From assembly GCA_049724395.1 (NCBI GenBank), contig JAUGWO010000045.1, positions 248,001-304,775 on the forward strand: DNA of 56,775 nucleotides, given 5' to 3'. Position 1 is the stretch's first letter. Each line of letters opens with the position of its first letter. Shown here piece by piece: positions 39,448-53,009 of this stretch. The notes below the pieces were generated by a model, which had not been told where the DNA came from, made no database searches, and saw nothing but the letters and a program-made list of their open reading frames with translations. The DNA is from Spongospora subterranea f. sp. subterranea. Its lineage: Eukaryota. Both the position numbers and the translations under genes were made by a program.

Positions 39448-42440
39448 ATGTTTTTTTCAGAGCGAACTGATTGCATCTTCATAGGAATGATTGTTATCGT
39501 TTTGCGATCGTTGATGATTCGGTCTGACAACAACTCCCATCAACCTAGTCAATCCCAATCCAGTGTGTTCGATCAGTCGTTGACCGATGATTCTCTGGGC
39601 TGTGTCGCATTAACCGCATCGCTGTTCACCGTTATTATCGGATGTTTCTGCGTCGCCAACATTCTACCAGACGTCTATATCGACGGGTTTGTGCCTTAAT
39701 ATCCCAGCGATTGTCGTGACTGACCAGTGGCTGTCCAGGTTTGGAGCTCTGAAATGGATTCCCGCCGTCCTATTCGCCGTCCTTGGTTATCAGCTGATAG
39801 TTGCCCGCCTTATCAAACTCACCCAAATTCGTCACTATATCTCCCCTATCGATTTCCTAAACGACCGTTTCCGGTCCAGGTCGGTGTGGATTTCGCTAAC
39901 ACCATATTCGGTATCTGAATGAGCGTCGTTCAGTGCCATGCGTATGATTGCCAGCGCCATCCTTACAGTACCCACAATCCTGTTCATGGCGCTAATGCTG
40001 AGAGCGGCAGGATCGCTGATCGAAGTCCTATCTAGTTTGGTGATCCCGAAATTATGGGGTTAGTCGCCATGGCTAAGGTCATAAATGTGTGATATCCTGA
40101 CCTATTTGGCCAGGGTCTATCGGGATTGCGATATTGGTGTTGCTGTTCGAGCTGATGGGAGGGCTGAGCGCAGATGGCGCCATCGACATGTTACACGCTG
40201 GAACAATGATCATCGTCTTCCTCGTGATGTTTTTCCTACAGTCCAGTCTGTTTGGTCAGTTTCTCTTCAGAAAGATGGACCACAACCTCGAGAAATGTTG
40301 CTAAATTGGGTCTCCTTTCACAGACGGGTTCGTCCAAGTATTGAGGAATATTTCCGGTGTCACTCCGATTATCACAGCACTTCCTACTGGGGCGAACCAT
40401 CTTCGCTGGATGCTATGGAGTGTTCCTTGGATTGCCATTCCATTCGTACGTTTCTGACCTACACGTTTGCCGCAAACTCTGTTTGCTCATTTGCCTCGTC
40501 GTTAGTATCCCCATGTCATGACCCGCATTTCATCTGCCCGATCATCGCAGACGTTTCGGTTCGCCCTGACAGCGATTGCACTGTTGCCATTCTTCTGTAT
40601 CCCAGCCCTGATCTCGTTCGGGTTGGACGGCCGCAGCGTATTTCCCCAATCTGCCCGTCAATGTTTCCAATATCTTCACCGCTCCAAACGGTACAATCGT
40701 CGACATCTTCGCGTTAACGACGAGGATTATCATGGTCCAAGGTCTGTCGATGGCATTTGACCCACCTCAGCTATTAACCTGAATCGGTTTATTTCAGGTC
40801 CCGGCTATTACTTTTTCGGTTCGTTGCTCTTCTCAGGAGTCATATCGATGATCATGTCAACCCTTAGCCACAATATTCTTGGCGCTAGCTCCGTCGTCGC
40901 TCTTGATCTCTGCCGTTCCCTCCTCGGATCCCAATCCGGTTTCTACGTGGGCCGGTTGATCAGCACCGTCTCGGGCATTATAATGCTGTCGTTGTCGCTG
41001 GTCATTGCCAACGCCGCCATCCCGTTCGACTACCCTCTCTGGATCGGGTTCATGAATGGGATCGTGTTGCAGATAATGCCATCCTATGTTCTCGGCATGT
41101 ACAGCTCTAAATCCACCGCCACCGCCCTCAACCTAGGTCCCCATATCGCTCCCAACAATCGTCATCTCCATTGACGTCGCCGCGTGTTCAGGAATGATAT
41201 GCGGCGCCGCTGTCTCATCATCGTTATATATCTTGTTATCGACTGCCACCACTGTTCCAGCCGATCTGGCCAGCTGGATTGGAATGATAACCAACGTCTC
41301 CATTGTGTATTTCATGTCGTTTATGTAATGACAATTCATTGGGCAGATCATTCCCTCAATCAACTGAACCATTCCCTCAGGAACGAATCCGACGAAGAAT
41401 CCGATGAAGAAAGTTCACGATCAGCAAGTTCACTAGACATTAATCACGATAGTTCATCAGATTCTGAACAAAGTAATGGATCCATTATTCAGTTCGCGGG
41501 GCAGGAATTGACCGCATTTCGCAGAGACAACGTCATATGGTAAATTCTCGTCAGCGATTCCGTCGGGGCTGATCGGATACCGTATTCGCACTGGAGTTGA
41601 TCTGGACATTGCTCTTAATAATGATATCCCAGAATTCAGTCTTTCAGACGAACCAAGCTTTTCAGGTCGGCTATGATCCCACTGTCATTGCACTGGGAAC
41701 TAAATTAAAGACACTATAGCGACATATCGGGCAGATCACGCGCGAATAGCGTCAACTACATTAGGGTCGATTGGGCGAATTGGAGATGGGAATACGGAGC
41801 CTATCCATAATCCGATCCTGCTGATCGCCGCCGCCATATTTCTCATATTGTCGACCCCTTTCTACTTCTCAACCGACGGTTCGTGAAAACAATACTCCGA
41901 CTGCAAATTGCTAATTTTGATGATGTGACAGCGATCAGCGCAACGTCGGTGCCTGTCTGGGCATACCTAAGCGTGATGTCGTCGGTAATGGCCGCCATGA
42001 TCATAATATATACCATGTTCAGCTCATGGGACGTCGCTGCGCCCATACCAAGGCCGAAACGACGTAAAGAATCGGTGTCGGAAAGTACGAAAGACGTCGA
42101 CGATTCTGAGATGCAAAGTGAAGAGAGCAGTCTGCCAAACTTTAACCAACAGGCGCAAGAAAAAAAGCCGGCGAATCGCTTTCTAACCCCATTTCAGGCA
42201 TTCTCGCGGCAGGCCAAAAAACCGGAAAAGACAGATTCACAATCGACGATTCCGGCGTCAATCGGTCAGCAAAGAAGAACCCCTGCAGCACAGGCGAACC
42301 GTAATCAGGCCAGGCCTAAGGAGAATAGGTTCGGAAAATACCAGTACCAAGACGGATCGTCGCTGAAGCCGATGGATGTCGACTCCGAGCTTGGCAGTTT
42401 CAGCATTGAAGAAGATATCAAAGCCCGCAATCGCCGATGA
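39448..42440 (+). CDS. Sodium:solute symporter family transporter, multi-exon
   Basis: YISPIDFLNDRFRS, LFELMGGL and SMIMSTLSH..L, with many TM exons. The ATG-less ORF from 41704 (EPIHNPILLIAA...VPVWA) appears spliced on as the C-terminus. Start is uncertain. Confidence 0.75.
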
Positions 42441-42516
42441 AGGATTGGTTTGCATTAAGTTATTCTTAAACAGTTAGATACGTAAAACAAAAATGGGGGT
42501 TGTATCAAAATGTGAT

Positions 42517-43445
42517 TTACTTGGGTAGAAATGACGCCTGCTCTTGAAAATTCTTGTCCAGTTCGTCGAGCTTTTGATCCAACGCGCGTTGTAAAGAAGC
42601 AAGCTTATTCTCTACTTGACGCTGAAACTCAGCTTTGGCAACCGGATCAGACAGCACTGAGCGTATGTAAATATAAAGCGGTGGGGTGGATAAGGGAATC
42701 ACTGTACCCAACTGAATCTCATCGTCGGTCAACTCATTCGTTTGCGGTGTTGACTCTGCTAGGGAACTGGCGTTTTGTGCCTGAGTCTCATTGGTGGATA
42801 GTTCAGTATCTGTAAGTGCTGTTGTGGGCGCGTCTGGAGTTAAAACGGCCGTGCTTAATGCGGGTATGGAAGAAGGATTGGGCGCCAGAGTCGAAACAGA
42901 ATGTAGCGCGAGCAGTCGAGTTCTTCCAAACACATGTTGATAATGGCGAAGATATCGAAATACATGTTCGATGAAGAAACTGGTAAATGATTTAACTTCG
43001 ATAAGAGAATAGACAGCGATACTTCTTGGTGATCTACGAACGCTGTGGCGAATCAGCATTGCCCGAAACTGTTGAAAACACGATTTCAGCGCAAGGAAGA
43101 TCTGGACCACAAGCAACCCAAAAGGTCTCCACGATAATCGAGATTGCGGTTGATATCCGCTCGGGAGACAAATTTTCTTTTCGTGCGAAGGAGCGGAACT
43201 TTTGCAGTAAACGACGAACTAGATTTGATTTCCAGTGAGGCAGATCTTTCTGGAATTTACCCACGATTTCGTCAAAAGCAGCACTAGAGGCAAATTACCG
43301 AACCGCTATTGTTGATCGCGATCTGCGCTTACTCGATGTGTTCGTCATGTTCATCATAGCTGCAGAACGGGTTCGTATTTGGTTGTATATGGCGATAATT
43401 CAGGAATAGGCTCTTAGTCGGTCGTAGAAATCGAACATCTGTCAT
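42517..43445 (-). CDS. CFAP119/C1a-32-like flagellar central-pair protein
   Basis: FARKENLSPERIST.ISI and FRAMLIRHSVRRSPRSIAVYSLIEV..F..HVFRYLRHYQHVF match the family block. Joining them needs a frame change near 43102-43132. Confidence 0.7.
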
Positions 43446-43937
43446 GGTCGTGTGGATTGCTGATAAAGTGTACACCAAATGATCTGGCCCAGCTTGATCC
43501 TATTCGTATCATCTCTTTCCCCCATATTGGCAGGTCGGTTCTGTGACCTGAGATTTTTTGGAGTAGAAGAACGGAAAACCCCCATTACAATGTCGGCTCC
43601 CGTCTCAGAAATTGCAAAGGGTATTTTTTCTGGCTCGATCCACAATCGTCCCTTGTCTCCTTCGGCAGTCGTTCATCGCTGATCCGGACTCCTGCGATCC
43701 CCGACCACATCTGCTCACCAACACGAGGACTATATAGAGTGAGCGGACCGTGGGAGTCATAACTGATAACACGCTGAAAAGGTGTCCCAGTGACGCGGCC
43801 TTCATTAGTCGTGAGCGGCGCCCCTCTCAGTGTCCTGTCCTATTACACTATCGACTAATAATAGCTCCTGTCTCAATATCGGGCTGTCAGTAATAACGGA
43901 TCCCTCATTGTGTAGACGGTCCGGTTACACCCGGATC

Positions 43938-45824
43938 ATGGAGGTCATGATCAATCGGCATATCGCATCGATATCGATCGATAATGCACAGGCGGATTTC
44001 ACGTTGAGTGCCAAAGAGTGCCCTTTCCAGGCATTCGTCTCCCCTTCCGAATCCAGTATCTGTGATGATAATGTGTTCATGGGAGAGGATGTCACAACCG
44101 AGGAGGTACTATTGGCCGACAGCGATATCGTACAATTCTGGGAGCTGACACCTTTTTCTCAGCTCCTCTATCGCGATAATTTTGAGAAAGTTCTTGTATT
44201 GCGAAATGTTGCAGCGATGTTACTGCAAAGTTGGTGGCGTCAGAGGAAACAGCACTTAGAGGCCAGACAAAATGCCCAAAGTTTTCGCCGAATGAGGAAA
44301 ATATTTAGGTTATGGATGCAATTAATGCACCAAACGTGTTCAAGGAATATCATCAACAGTGTGGTCAATTCTGTTCACCATCATGCCGCTTTACGGAATA
44401 ACGCTTCGAGTATTGTTGCACGATGCTGGAGGCGCCGTCTTTTAGCTACAAAAAAGCAAAGCGAGAGAGTTGCAGCCGTTCAACTCTTGAGTAATGCCTA
44501 TTCGCATTATATATCGCATCGTGGCGCTTCTTTGATAATTCAGCGACGCTGGAGGAGCGTGCTTTACTGTCGTTCGACAAAACTTCTACAAGCGTCATTG
44601 TCGGTAATTCTTGCACAAAACACGAGATTTACGTATTGGAGTTCGGCGAGCGCTTTATCGGCTGCTCTTGACGCTTTGCTCAAAAGGCGTGTATTCAGCG
44701 CTACAGTATGTTCAGCTTCAACTATACAGCTTTTTTTTCGTCGACGAAGATCAGCACTCATTGTTCAAAGTGTTTACCGGACCATTATTGCTCAACGAAG
44801 TGCTTTCGTCAAATTTCGGTCTGTCGCTTCTCTACAGCTTGCCTTTGGTTCGTTCCTTGCGCATCGCAAGGTGCTTGAACTTTCATCATCGTCGATTTTG
44901 ATCCAGTCTGTAATGCATAATGTGCAGCCCCGTAAGCGTTTGAACTTAGTTGTCTCCAAGACGCTCGTACTGCAAAGGGTTTTCAAGAAAGTCCACAGAA
45001 GAAACAAGTTCCGAAAGGTGATTTTGGACGTTTGTGAGCTGTGCCGAAAAAAAAAGTCTCGATTTGCGACATTAATTCAAGCCGCATGGCGAGGGCACCG
45101 CTTGCGTCGCTTGGTAGGAGGACCAATCAGAAAATTGTCCTCCTGTGCTAAAATTATTCAAGCAATCTGGCGCCGTTACCGCGCACGCCGGCAGCTTCTC
45201 AGGATGCGGAAGAAAGCAGAAATTAGCAGCAGACGAGAAGTGTTATTGGCGAAAGTTCAATCACTACCGCAGTCTGGCGATTTTCAACTTCAATCTCTAC
45301 GAGAACGTTACTCTCAGCGCTTGGCTGAGATTGAATTTACTGACCATCAAGGCGATGATCTAACGGAACCGGAAATTTTAGCTTCCACAACGGCTCCAAG
45401 TTCCGTACTGACGTTGTTGGACGCAAAGCGCGCTCGGCTTGCTCGAATTCGCGCCCAACTTAATTCAATTCGAGTCAATAATGCTACAACGACCATCGGC
45501 GCCGTTGAAACTGAAGTTGTAAAAGTCCCCAAAAGCGTAACCTGGGTCGACGACCGTGGCGTGCCTTTGCTAGATTCTTGTAATCCCAAGCATGTCCCAA
45601 GTTCTGCCTCTAAACCATTACGGTCCTGCATCAAGCAGCCGACTACGGTTCCTTCACGCTCATGCGCCCAACGCATTGGCAGTGTACTATCAACAACGTT
45701 TGGAAAAGCACGTCGTCGTAAAGTAGCATCTGAAATAGAGAACGCAATTGCGCCAAACGTTTCCAGCGCTGCTAGGAGTACTCCAAATCGAAAAGGTAGC
45801 GCACGGAGAGTTCGCATTGCCTAG
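43938..45824 (+). CDS. IQ-motif repeat (calmodulin-binding) protein
   Basis: Multiple IQ-like motifs: LQSWWR, IQRRWRS, IQLFFR, VQSVYR, IQAAWRGH and IQAIWRRY. Confidence 0.8.
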   Translation: MEVMINRHIASISIDNAQADFTLSAKECPFQAFVSPSESSICDDNVFMGEDVTTEEVLLADSDIVQFWELTPFSQLLYRDNFEKVLVLRNVAAMLLQSWWRQRKQHLEARQNAQSFRRMRKIFRLWMQLMHQTCSRNIINSVVNSVHHHAALRNNASSIVARCWRRRLLATKKQSERVAAVQLLSNAYSHYISHRGASLIIQRRWRSVLYCRSTKLLQASLSVILAQNTRFTYWSSASALSAALDALLKRRVFSATVCSASTIQLFFRRRRSALIVQSVYRTIIAQRSAFVKFRSVASLQLAFGSFLAHRKVLELSSSSILIQSVMHNVQPRKRLNLVVSKTLVLQRVFKKVHRRNKFRKVILDVCELCRKKKSRFATLIQAAWRGHRLRRLVGGPIRKLSSCAKIIQAIWRRYRARRQLLRMRKKAEISSRREVLLAKVQSLPQSGDFQLQSLRERYSQRLAEIEFTDHQGDDLTEPEILASTTAPSSVLTLLDAKRARLARIRAQLNSIRVNNATTTIGAVETEVVKVPKSVTWVDDRGVPLLDSCNPKHVPSSASKPLRSCIKQPTTVPSRSCAQRIGSVLSTTFGKARRRKVASEIENAIAPNVSSAARSTPNRKGSARRVRIA

Positions 45825-45982
45825 GGAGAATTTGCCATTTTGGGATCGATAGTGCAAACTCCATATTCAGACGGAAGCGCGAGGAGGGTTTGCATTGTCC
45901 AGAATGCCTGGCGCTTTCTATGTTCTAATTATTTTATTGTTTTTAATATAAGGAAAGGCTATATATATATATTCCATAATAA

Positions 45983-47726
45983 TTACTCCACTTTAGACTT
46001 AGGCTGTTCTGGCGACTCGGCAAATACATCAATTTCATTAGTCCAGATTCTGAAACAAATAGCACATGTCGACCAAGCAGCCAAAATGATGACGCACATC
46101 ACGATAATGATGCTGCTCCAGCTGAGTTTAGTCAGGTAAAGCATTTCATCAGTTATCCAAATTGCATGTGAAAATTTCCCAAGAGTGTTGATTAACGCTA
46201 TGATCTCGTTTCTTTGCAGCGACTTGGGATTGTTGAACAAAATTTTCAAGGCAGTTCCAATGCCCAAAATTTGTAACTAAAAAGAATCTCAGACCACTGA
46301 AGTCATGAGGGGTACGATCGTACCTTTCCATGAACACGACACTTGTCGCAATGAACACAGTCCATAATCAAACTTAAGATTTCGAAAATGAGACCTTAGC
46401 TGCTCCTTAATAGGATCCTAAATGAACCATTCGGAATATATCGAAAAGACTCAGTTTCAACCCCTACTGCTTGTAAATCTCTGAACATTATTCGTTCATC
46501 AAAGCTATAATCAGGGGAGCAATGCTGAACCATTGAAGATGACAAGCTGAACAATCGCACGAGAATAAGGCAACGCTTTTGTAAAACATTGCAGAGAGCG
46601 TACAGTTTTCGAATTGATAGGAGTGTCTTTGCATCTTCTAAAGCCCTGGCAGGATCGCTTCCAGTACGATACTCATACGACGACAGATAAGGGGCCATCT
46701 TATTGACTGCTCGCAAAAGAAAAACGAATACGAAATAGATGTTCTGAACCCTCTCAGGATGGTTACCAAGCATTCGGGAAAATCTGTTGCCATTAACTAG
46801 GATTAACATTGATAAAACAGCTTCCATTCAACGAACACATTAGGTTCTGGACCCCACTCCAGCCCTTCTCCTAAAGGGTGATTGTACGAGACATGTGCGC
46901 TGATACAAGCCTGAAGCCCACTTAGCAACCTGAAAAATACGCGCTGTTCATAGCACATAGTAGAGAATTGGTCTAGGCGCGTAAAAGTTCAGCAAACATA
47001 TCTACCAAAACGCCGCTAAAAAAATTTCACCTTGGAAACAGTTTTCCCCGTACATCGCAGCCCAAACTTTGCGAGCTCCTTCACCTGAATACCCAGTGTA
47101 TCCTTCCGGATTGCGTTGTAAATTGATAAACGTCACTGAATTACCATAAGAAGAAGAAGTGAAACTCAGTGAATTCTCTACTAGTTCCGGTATCTTGGAC
47201 TATCCAGTTGTCGTCGTTCTCTTGCCACTCTTGAAAAAAAGTTGGCAATTTCATATCCAAATCGATTCCACTCTTCCAAAGTTCCGGAATCTGACGATAT
47301 CGAATAAGAAACTGAAAGGCAGTTCGTCAGGAGTTTACCTCTGTATCTTGACATTCACAAACACCACAACCTTTATCACTGCACATGGGTTCACTCTTCC
47401 AAAACGTACACTCGTTATACAGGTTCAGCTGAAAAATCTTGAAAAAAGTCGAGGACTGGAAAGAGCAATATTATTATTGAAAACATGATACGTTGTCGTT
47501 GAAAATGTACCCTAATCTCTTCCAAAATGGTATGAATGTTATCCTTATTGGCAATATCGACAGTTTCAGTATCGCAGCAGCAATCATCGATCTACATTGC
47601 AGTTCAAATGAGCACGCGAGCTCAGCACGGAAAATTTCACACTTTCAGGGCTGCGGCGGTTGAGCAAAGGCCCACCAAGGCAAGGGCGATGACAGGCCAG
47701 GTGCGAGCCCAACACCAGGATCCCAT
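45983..47726 (-). CDS. ERO1: Endoplasmic reticulum oxidoreductin 1, multi-exon
   Basis: Signal peptide. NLQRNPEGYTGYSG, RLLSGLQACIS, HPERVQNIYF..LLRAV, IMDCVHCDKCRVHGK (CxxCxxC), GIGTALKILF and LQRNEIIALINT. Confidence 0.93.
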
Positions 47727-48666
47727 GGCCCGCGTTTAGCTGGCGACCACCTGTGATTATTGTTGTCGATCCACCGTCTCGATCGCTGGTGATGATGCTA
47801 CACCAGTCACTTGATCCTCCACGGTATGTTGAGGGTCATTATAGTGTATGCACTCATCAGTCATCCTCGCCTCTCCTAATTTGGCTCCCAATTTGGATCG
47901 GCACTGCCAAATACAGTACGATCAACGGATAAACCTCGACCTTGGTGCTTTGATAATTTTGGTTTAGTTGAAAGGGTTCTAATACACGAGACGTATCTGC
48001 TTTCAGGATTATAAGTGCGTGATGGTCTACAGTATGGTGCGATGGGGTCCACCCTCAACTGCCAAGTCCTGTGGAATGTATTGCTAATCGTGAGTATGGA
48101 TATTCCTTGCGGGCACCGCGACGCCAGTTTTTCTTTTACAGACCCATTGGTTTTCGTTGATTGACGTAACAAGAATCTTTCAAAATCATATAGTCCATCT
48201 CGTACCAGTCTAGAGTTAGTGATGCCAGTGTATGCCGGCATCAGGACGGGCTGGAAAACACTATGCCTGCGGAAACTGTAGCACTATAGATCCCGCCGAT
48301 GTTTACAGTAAGAATCGAGACGTCTGGAGGACATATATATATTTCATATCTAAAATGACAACGAAATAAATCTGATATATATATCGCCCCTCCTTACCGA
48401 TGACATGTATATGATGTTTTTCGAGTGAAGAAATCCATTGGTAAAGCATCGGTCGGGTGATTACAGAACAGGGTGGGACCCACTTACTGTGAGGGTCAAA
48501 TTCTGGCAGTGCAGCGACCCATGACTGTGCTGTACTTATCAGTGTAACGAATCGTTACGGGGCGGAGCGATCATTAGGAATATTGATTAAATTAAGGGGT
48601 CAAATTCCATCGGTCCATAATCAGGCAGACGGCTGTGGCAGGCGTCGACAAAGGGATCATCGATAG

Positions 48667-51388
48667 ATGAAGGCTCCATGCCTTCAAACTTGGTGTCCAT
48701 TGTTTTTTTTGCTGTGTGCCGTTACGGCTTATAACCAAGAAACCGAATGGGCCGCTATCGATGACGACATCAGGAACATGGTTGATTCGATGTCTCTTGT
48801 TCATCGAATCGGGCAAATGGTGCAATTAGATATTACTATGTTCCTTACGGAAGCCGGTGCATTGAACCAATCTGCTCTGCATTCGGCCGTGGAATATTTT
48901 GGTGTCGGTTCAATTCTCAACTCACCTTCAGCTATGACTACGGAAGGGGTGCTCTCTGTTCAATCATGGAGACAATTGATCACCGACATCCAGTCTGTGG
49001 CGCTTGGAGCCGGCCCCAAAATCCCTATCCTTTATGGTCTCGATGGTATCCATGGCGCGAACTACGTAAAATCAACGACACTATTTCCGCATCAGATTGG
49101 ACTTGCTGCTACTTTCAATCGCAATCTTGTCCGAAAAGCGTTCGCAATTAGGTTGAAATCATTTCTTTTAATCTAATCGAATTTTTCTGAGCAACACCGT
49201 ACAGCGCAAAAGATACCAGGACGTGTGGAATTCCATGGTCGTTTGCTCCAGTTCTGGATATCTGCCTTCAAAAACAGTGGCCACGCGTTTATGAAACCTT
49301 TGGAGAAGATCCATACCTGGTAATTGTTTTCTTTCCATTGATAGCTTACGTTGATTTCAACGCTTATAGGCATCAGAGATGGGCAAAGAAGCGGTTTTGG
49401 GAATGCAAGGAGTCGAGAAAGGGGAACTTAAACTTTCTACAAAAGTCGCATCGTCTCTGAAACATTTTGTGGGTTACTCTAATCCGAGGTCTGGACAAGA
49501 TCGTACCCAGGCATGGATACCTGACAGGTAGGATTGCTGCCTCCAGTAATCTCAATATTTACATCTAGTTAGGATCCTTCGACAATACTTTCTACCTCCA
49601 TTTCGTTCCGCCATTAAAGCGGGCGCAGCTACCGTAATGGAAGCATATGCTGATGTAAGTTTATATATTTCCACCTGATTTAGTCTCACGAATGATGTAG
49701 AATAACGGACAGCCGGTAGTCTCATCAGAGTTTTATCTGAAAACAGTGCTTCGAGACGAACTCGGCTTTAAAGGGGTGCTTGTTACTGATTATAGTGAGA
49801 TTAACAACCTTTATTGGTGGCACCACGCTGCTCATTCACCGTCCGACGCCATCCGGATGGCAATACAGCAAACAACCATTGATATGTCAATGGTGGTCTC
49901 GTCTTTCAACTTTTCGACGACTTTAACGCAATTAGTGAAGGACGGAACCATCGATTCGAATCGAGTCTCAATCAGTTGCGCTAGGGTGCTTCAGCTGAAA
50001 AAAAATCTTGGACTCTTCGACGACCCATTTCCTACAAATGACGCGAATCAGATAAACAGCGTCGGAAGTAAAAGAGACAGGCATGTCGCACTTGACGTTG
50101 CTCAACATAGTATAACTTTGCTGAAGAATTCTCCACTTTGCCCCACCTGCCGTTCAATACTACCTCTTTCTCGAACATCCTCCAAGCGAATGCTGCTAGT
50201 GGGCCCATCTTCAGATTCTCTTAAGGTAATCATACTTCGCGAAACTACGATGGTTATTAGTAAATAGTTCTAAATGGATACAATGTTTTGCAGTTGCTAA
50301 GCTCTGGGTGGACAATGCACTGGCAAGGAGCCTCCGAAACAGAATTTTCTTTTGGGACAACGATAAAAGAAGGAATCAGGAGGGTTCTTCATGGCTCGTC
50401 TCATTTATTACAACATTCGAGTGCGTGCTCTATTGAAAACTGTTCGACAGAAAAACGGTCCGAGATTATCAAAGCGTCGGACGGTGCCGATATCATTATT
50501 GTTTGCTTAAGTGAGCCTGTATATACAGAGAAACCAGGCAATATTAAAGATATGGAATTCGATCAAGATCAAATCGACTTGGTCAAAGAACTTCACAGCA
50601 AAGGGAAGCCCATCATCGTCATTTTAACAATGGGACGTCCCCGCTTATTAGGAAACATCGTCAAAATGGCATCTGCTGTCATTCATGCGTACCTGCCAGG
50701 ACCAGAAGGGGGAGAGGCGATCGCCAACATCATTTTTGGGTTAGTTAATCCGAGCGGCAAACTGCCGATGACCTGGCCCAAGCATTCGGCCCTTCTAAAC
50801 TTGCCATACTGGCACGCGTTTTCATCCGCTGATACTTTTGACGTCGAGTTTCAATTTGGAGATGGGCTGTCATATTCAATTTTCTCGTATTCAGACCTTA
50901 TCTTATCAAACAACGTAATGACATCATCGACCGGAATTGACATTTCCGTCTTAGTGTCTAACACGGGAGATGTTGACGGATACGAGACGGTGCTATTGTT
51001 TTTAACAGCTGATTATCGAACCGTATCACCTGAAGTCCGCTTATTGAAACGATTCAGCAAAGTGTGGATTCCTGCAAAAACATCCAAACTAGTTCAATTC
51101 ACACTTTTTGCAAATGACACCGAATTCTTCATTGGTGATCAGTCTATTCCAGTTTTAGAGGATGGGGTTTTCTCAGTTCAGGTTGCCAATATCTCTTCTA
51201 AGTTCAACTTGGTCGGTTTATCTCCGCAAAGTCGCCTCGCCAGCCTCAGTTATAATGACGATGTTGGCTTCTCACAAGAAATATTATGGTTTATTTTTGG
51301 ATCTACTGTATTCTGCCCTGTTTGGTATTACTGGTTCAAGCTTTACCTTGAGCGGAAACACAGAGTCGGTGATTATGTTGCCATTTAA
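48667..51388 (+). CDS. GH3 beta-glucosidase with signal peptide, FnIII-like domain and C-terminal TM, multi-exon
   Basis: IGQMVQ, PILYGLDGIHGA, FPHQIGLAATFN, FAPVLD, WPRVYETFGEDP, KHFVGY, GFKGVLVTDY, LPGPEGGEAIA and FGDGLSY. Confidence 0.95.
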
Positions 51389-51521
51389 TAAATACTTATT
51401 CTCTTTAATAAAGTATCGCATATTTTAACCGCAAAATTTTGTTGTTAAGTTCGATTACATCTACCATGAGTCGGTAAATATTATAATGAACTTGACCACA
51501 TGCTCGGGTATGACCGCGCTG

Positions 51522-53009
51522 CTAATGGATGTACGCAGTGATCTCGCCCTCGTTAGCTTGAAATTCCAGTTTTAAATACTTGAGATAAGTAATTACAGCT
51601 GGTCGAAGCTGTTAAGTCACGATTAGTAAACGGTACCTGCTATTTTTGCAGTATTTTACTTTTGGAGCAAAAGTGTCAGCGCTATGTCGTCCGATCCCCA
51701 CGATGATAGATAGACGACGGATTTGCATCGGATACGCAGCTTGTATTCTCCTAATGCAATCTCGTAAGAGTTTTCGAGCTTCCGGAACATGCATTTCATG
51801 CAAATCTAAGCTTCTCAGCTTGCTGGCAGATGGATTGTATTTCTAAGCAGATATCAATCAGAAAAATACTTGCAAAAGCTAAATTACAAGTACAATAAAT
51901 GTTGCCACCATGATACGCTCACGAAGCGGGATCATCTTTTCATTAATGTTTCGCGCTTTTTCATTAAGGGACTGAGCAAAAGAATTTTGACCATTCGAAT
52001 GTGCTTGGCGAGCAGCCCAACATGTTTGCGCTTTTTGATGGGTTAGAAATTTGTACAATCTACAATTATTTTCCATTGACACGGATTCTGATGAAGTATG
52101 ACATCCTCGATAAAGTTTGTCAAGCTCTGAAAGCGTTTCGAAAGAAAACTCACACCCGACGTCGGAAACTGTTGCAGATTCCGGAACATGTTTCTTGGGT
52201 GCAGCTACGGTATCGGGAGACGATGCTGTGAACAAGCTGCACAGAGCGTCTTTTGAAGGCTGGACCGCAAAGTCGTGTGCTTCTAGTATTTCGCGAATAA
52301 TGGCTGCACTTGCTGCTGGAAACATTCTCTAAACCGAACTGAACGGAAATCCGAAATTTATTTGCAAAAACTACCTTAAAGCCGTGCAATTTGATGTGAT
52401 TAGCCATATTCAACTTCGCAGACTGAAGGTCTTGAAGTTTTTGATGTCTTAGAGCGCAAAATGTGATCAATTACCAGCTCTACAGACCGATTGTTTTCGA
52501 CAAAAACGTCATGAAGGACGGGGTCCGGAATCAACGGGAACATCATCGACAGTTGCCTTACTTCATCCTAATCGATATGCTCCGTTAGATCAACAATCTG
52601 CTGAACCCAAAACGCATTTTCGTACACTAGCAGCGGCATCGCTGTCCATGTCCATCATCATGGACAAAGCAAGATCGAAGTCGCCATCAACACTATTGAT
52701 GATATGTTGTCGGCGTTCATAATCAACAGACGGAAACATCTCCATCAAGCTAATCTGGGTAAAATCCTGATATAACGCATCGTTCTCTTTCATCTCAGCA
52801 CTATCCAGCAGAGGTTCTGCAGTTTCACATTCGAGAAGGCGGTCAACAATGGCCGAGACATCATGGGACCCAAGTTGGCGGATGTGCTGCTCGATAACGC
52901 TGTGGTGAATGTCTGGGAACACCTGGGTCAGATGGGCGATCACCTCGCCATCGATCTGCGCATCAAGATCCGCCCCATTATCATTATGATCATCAGTCAT
53001 GGGGGTCAT
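51522..53009 (-). CDS. CUE-repeat plus Smr-domain endonuclease (Cue2/N4BP2-like), multi-exon
   Basis: CUE-like LTQVFPD, LMEMFPS, LSMMFP and MFPA. Smr motifs LDLHEMHVPEA and LSIIVGIGRHS. Confidence 0.82.
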
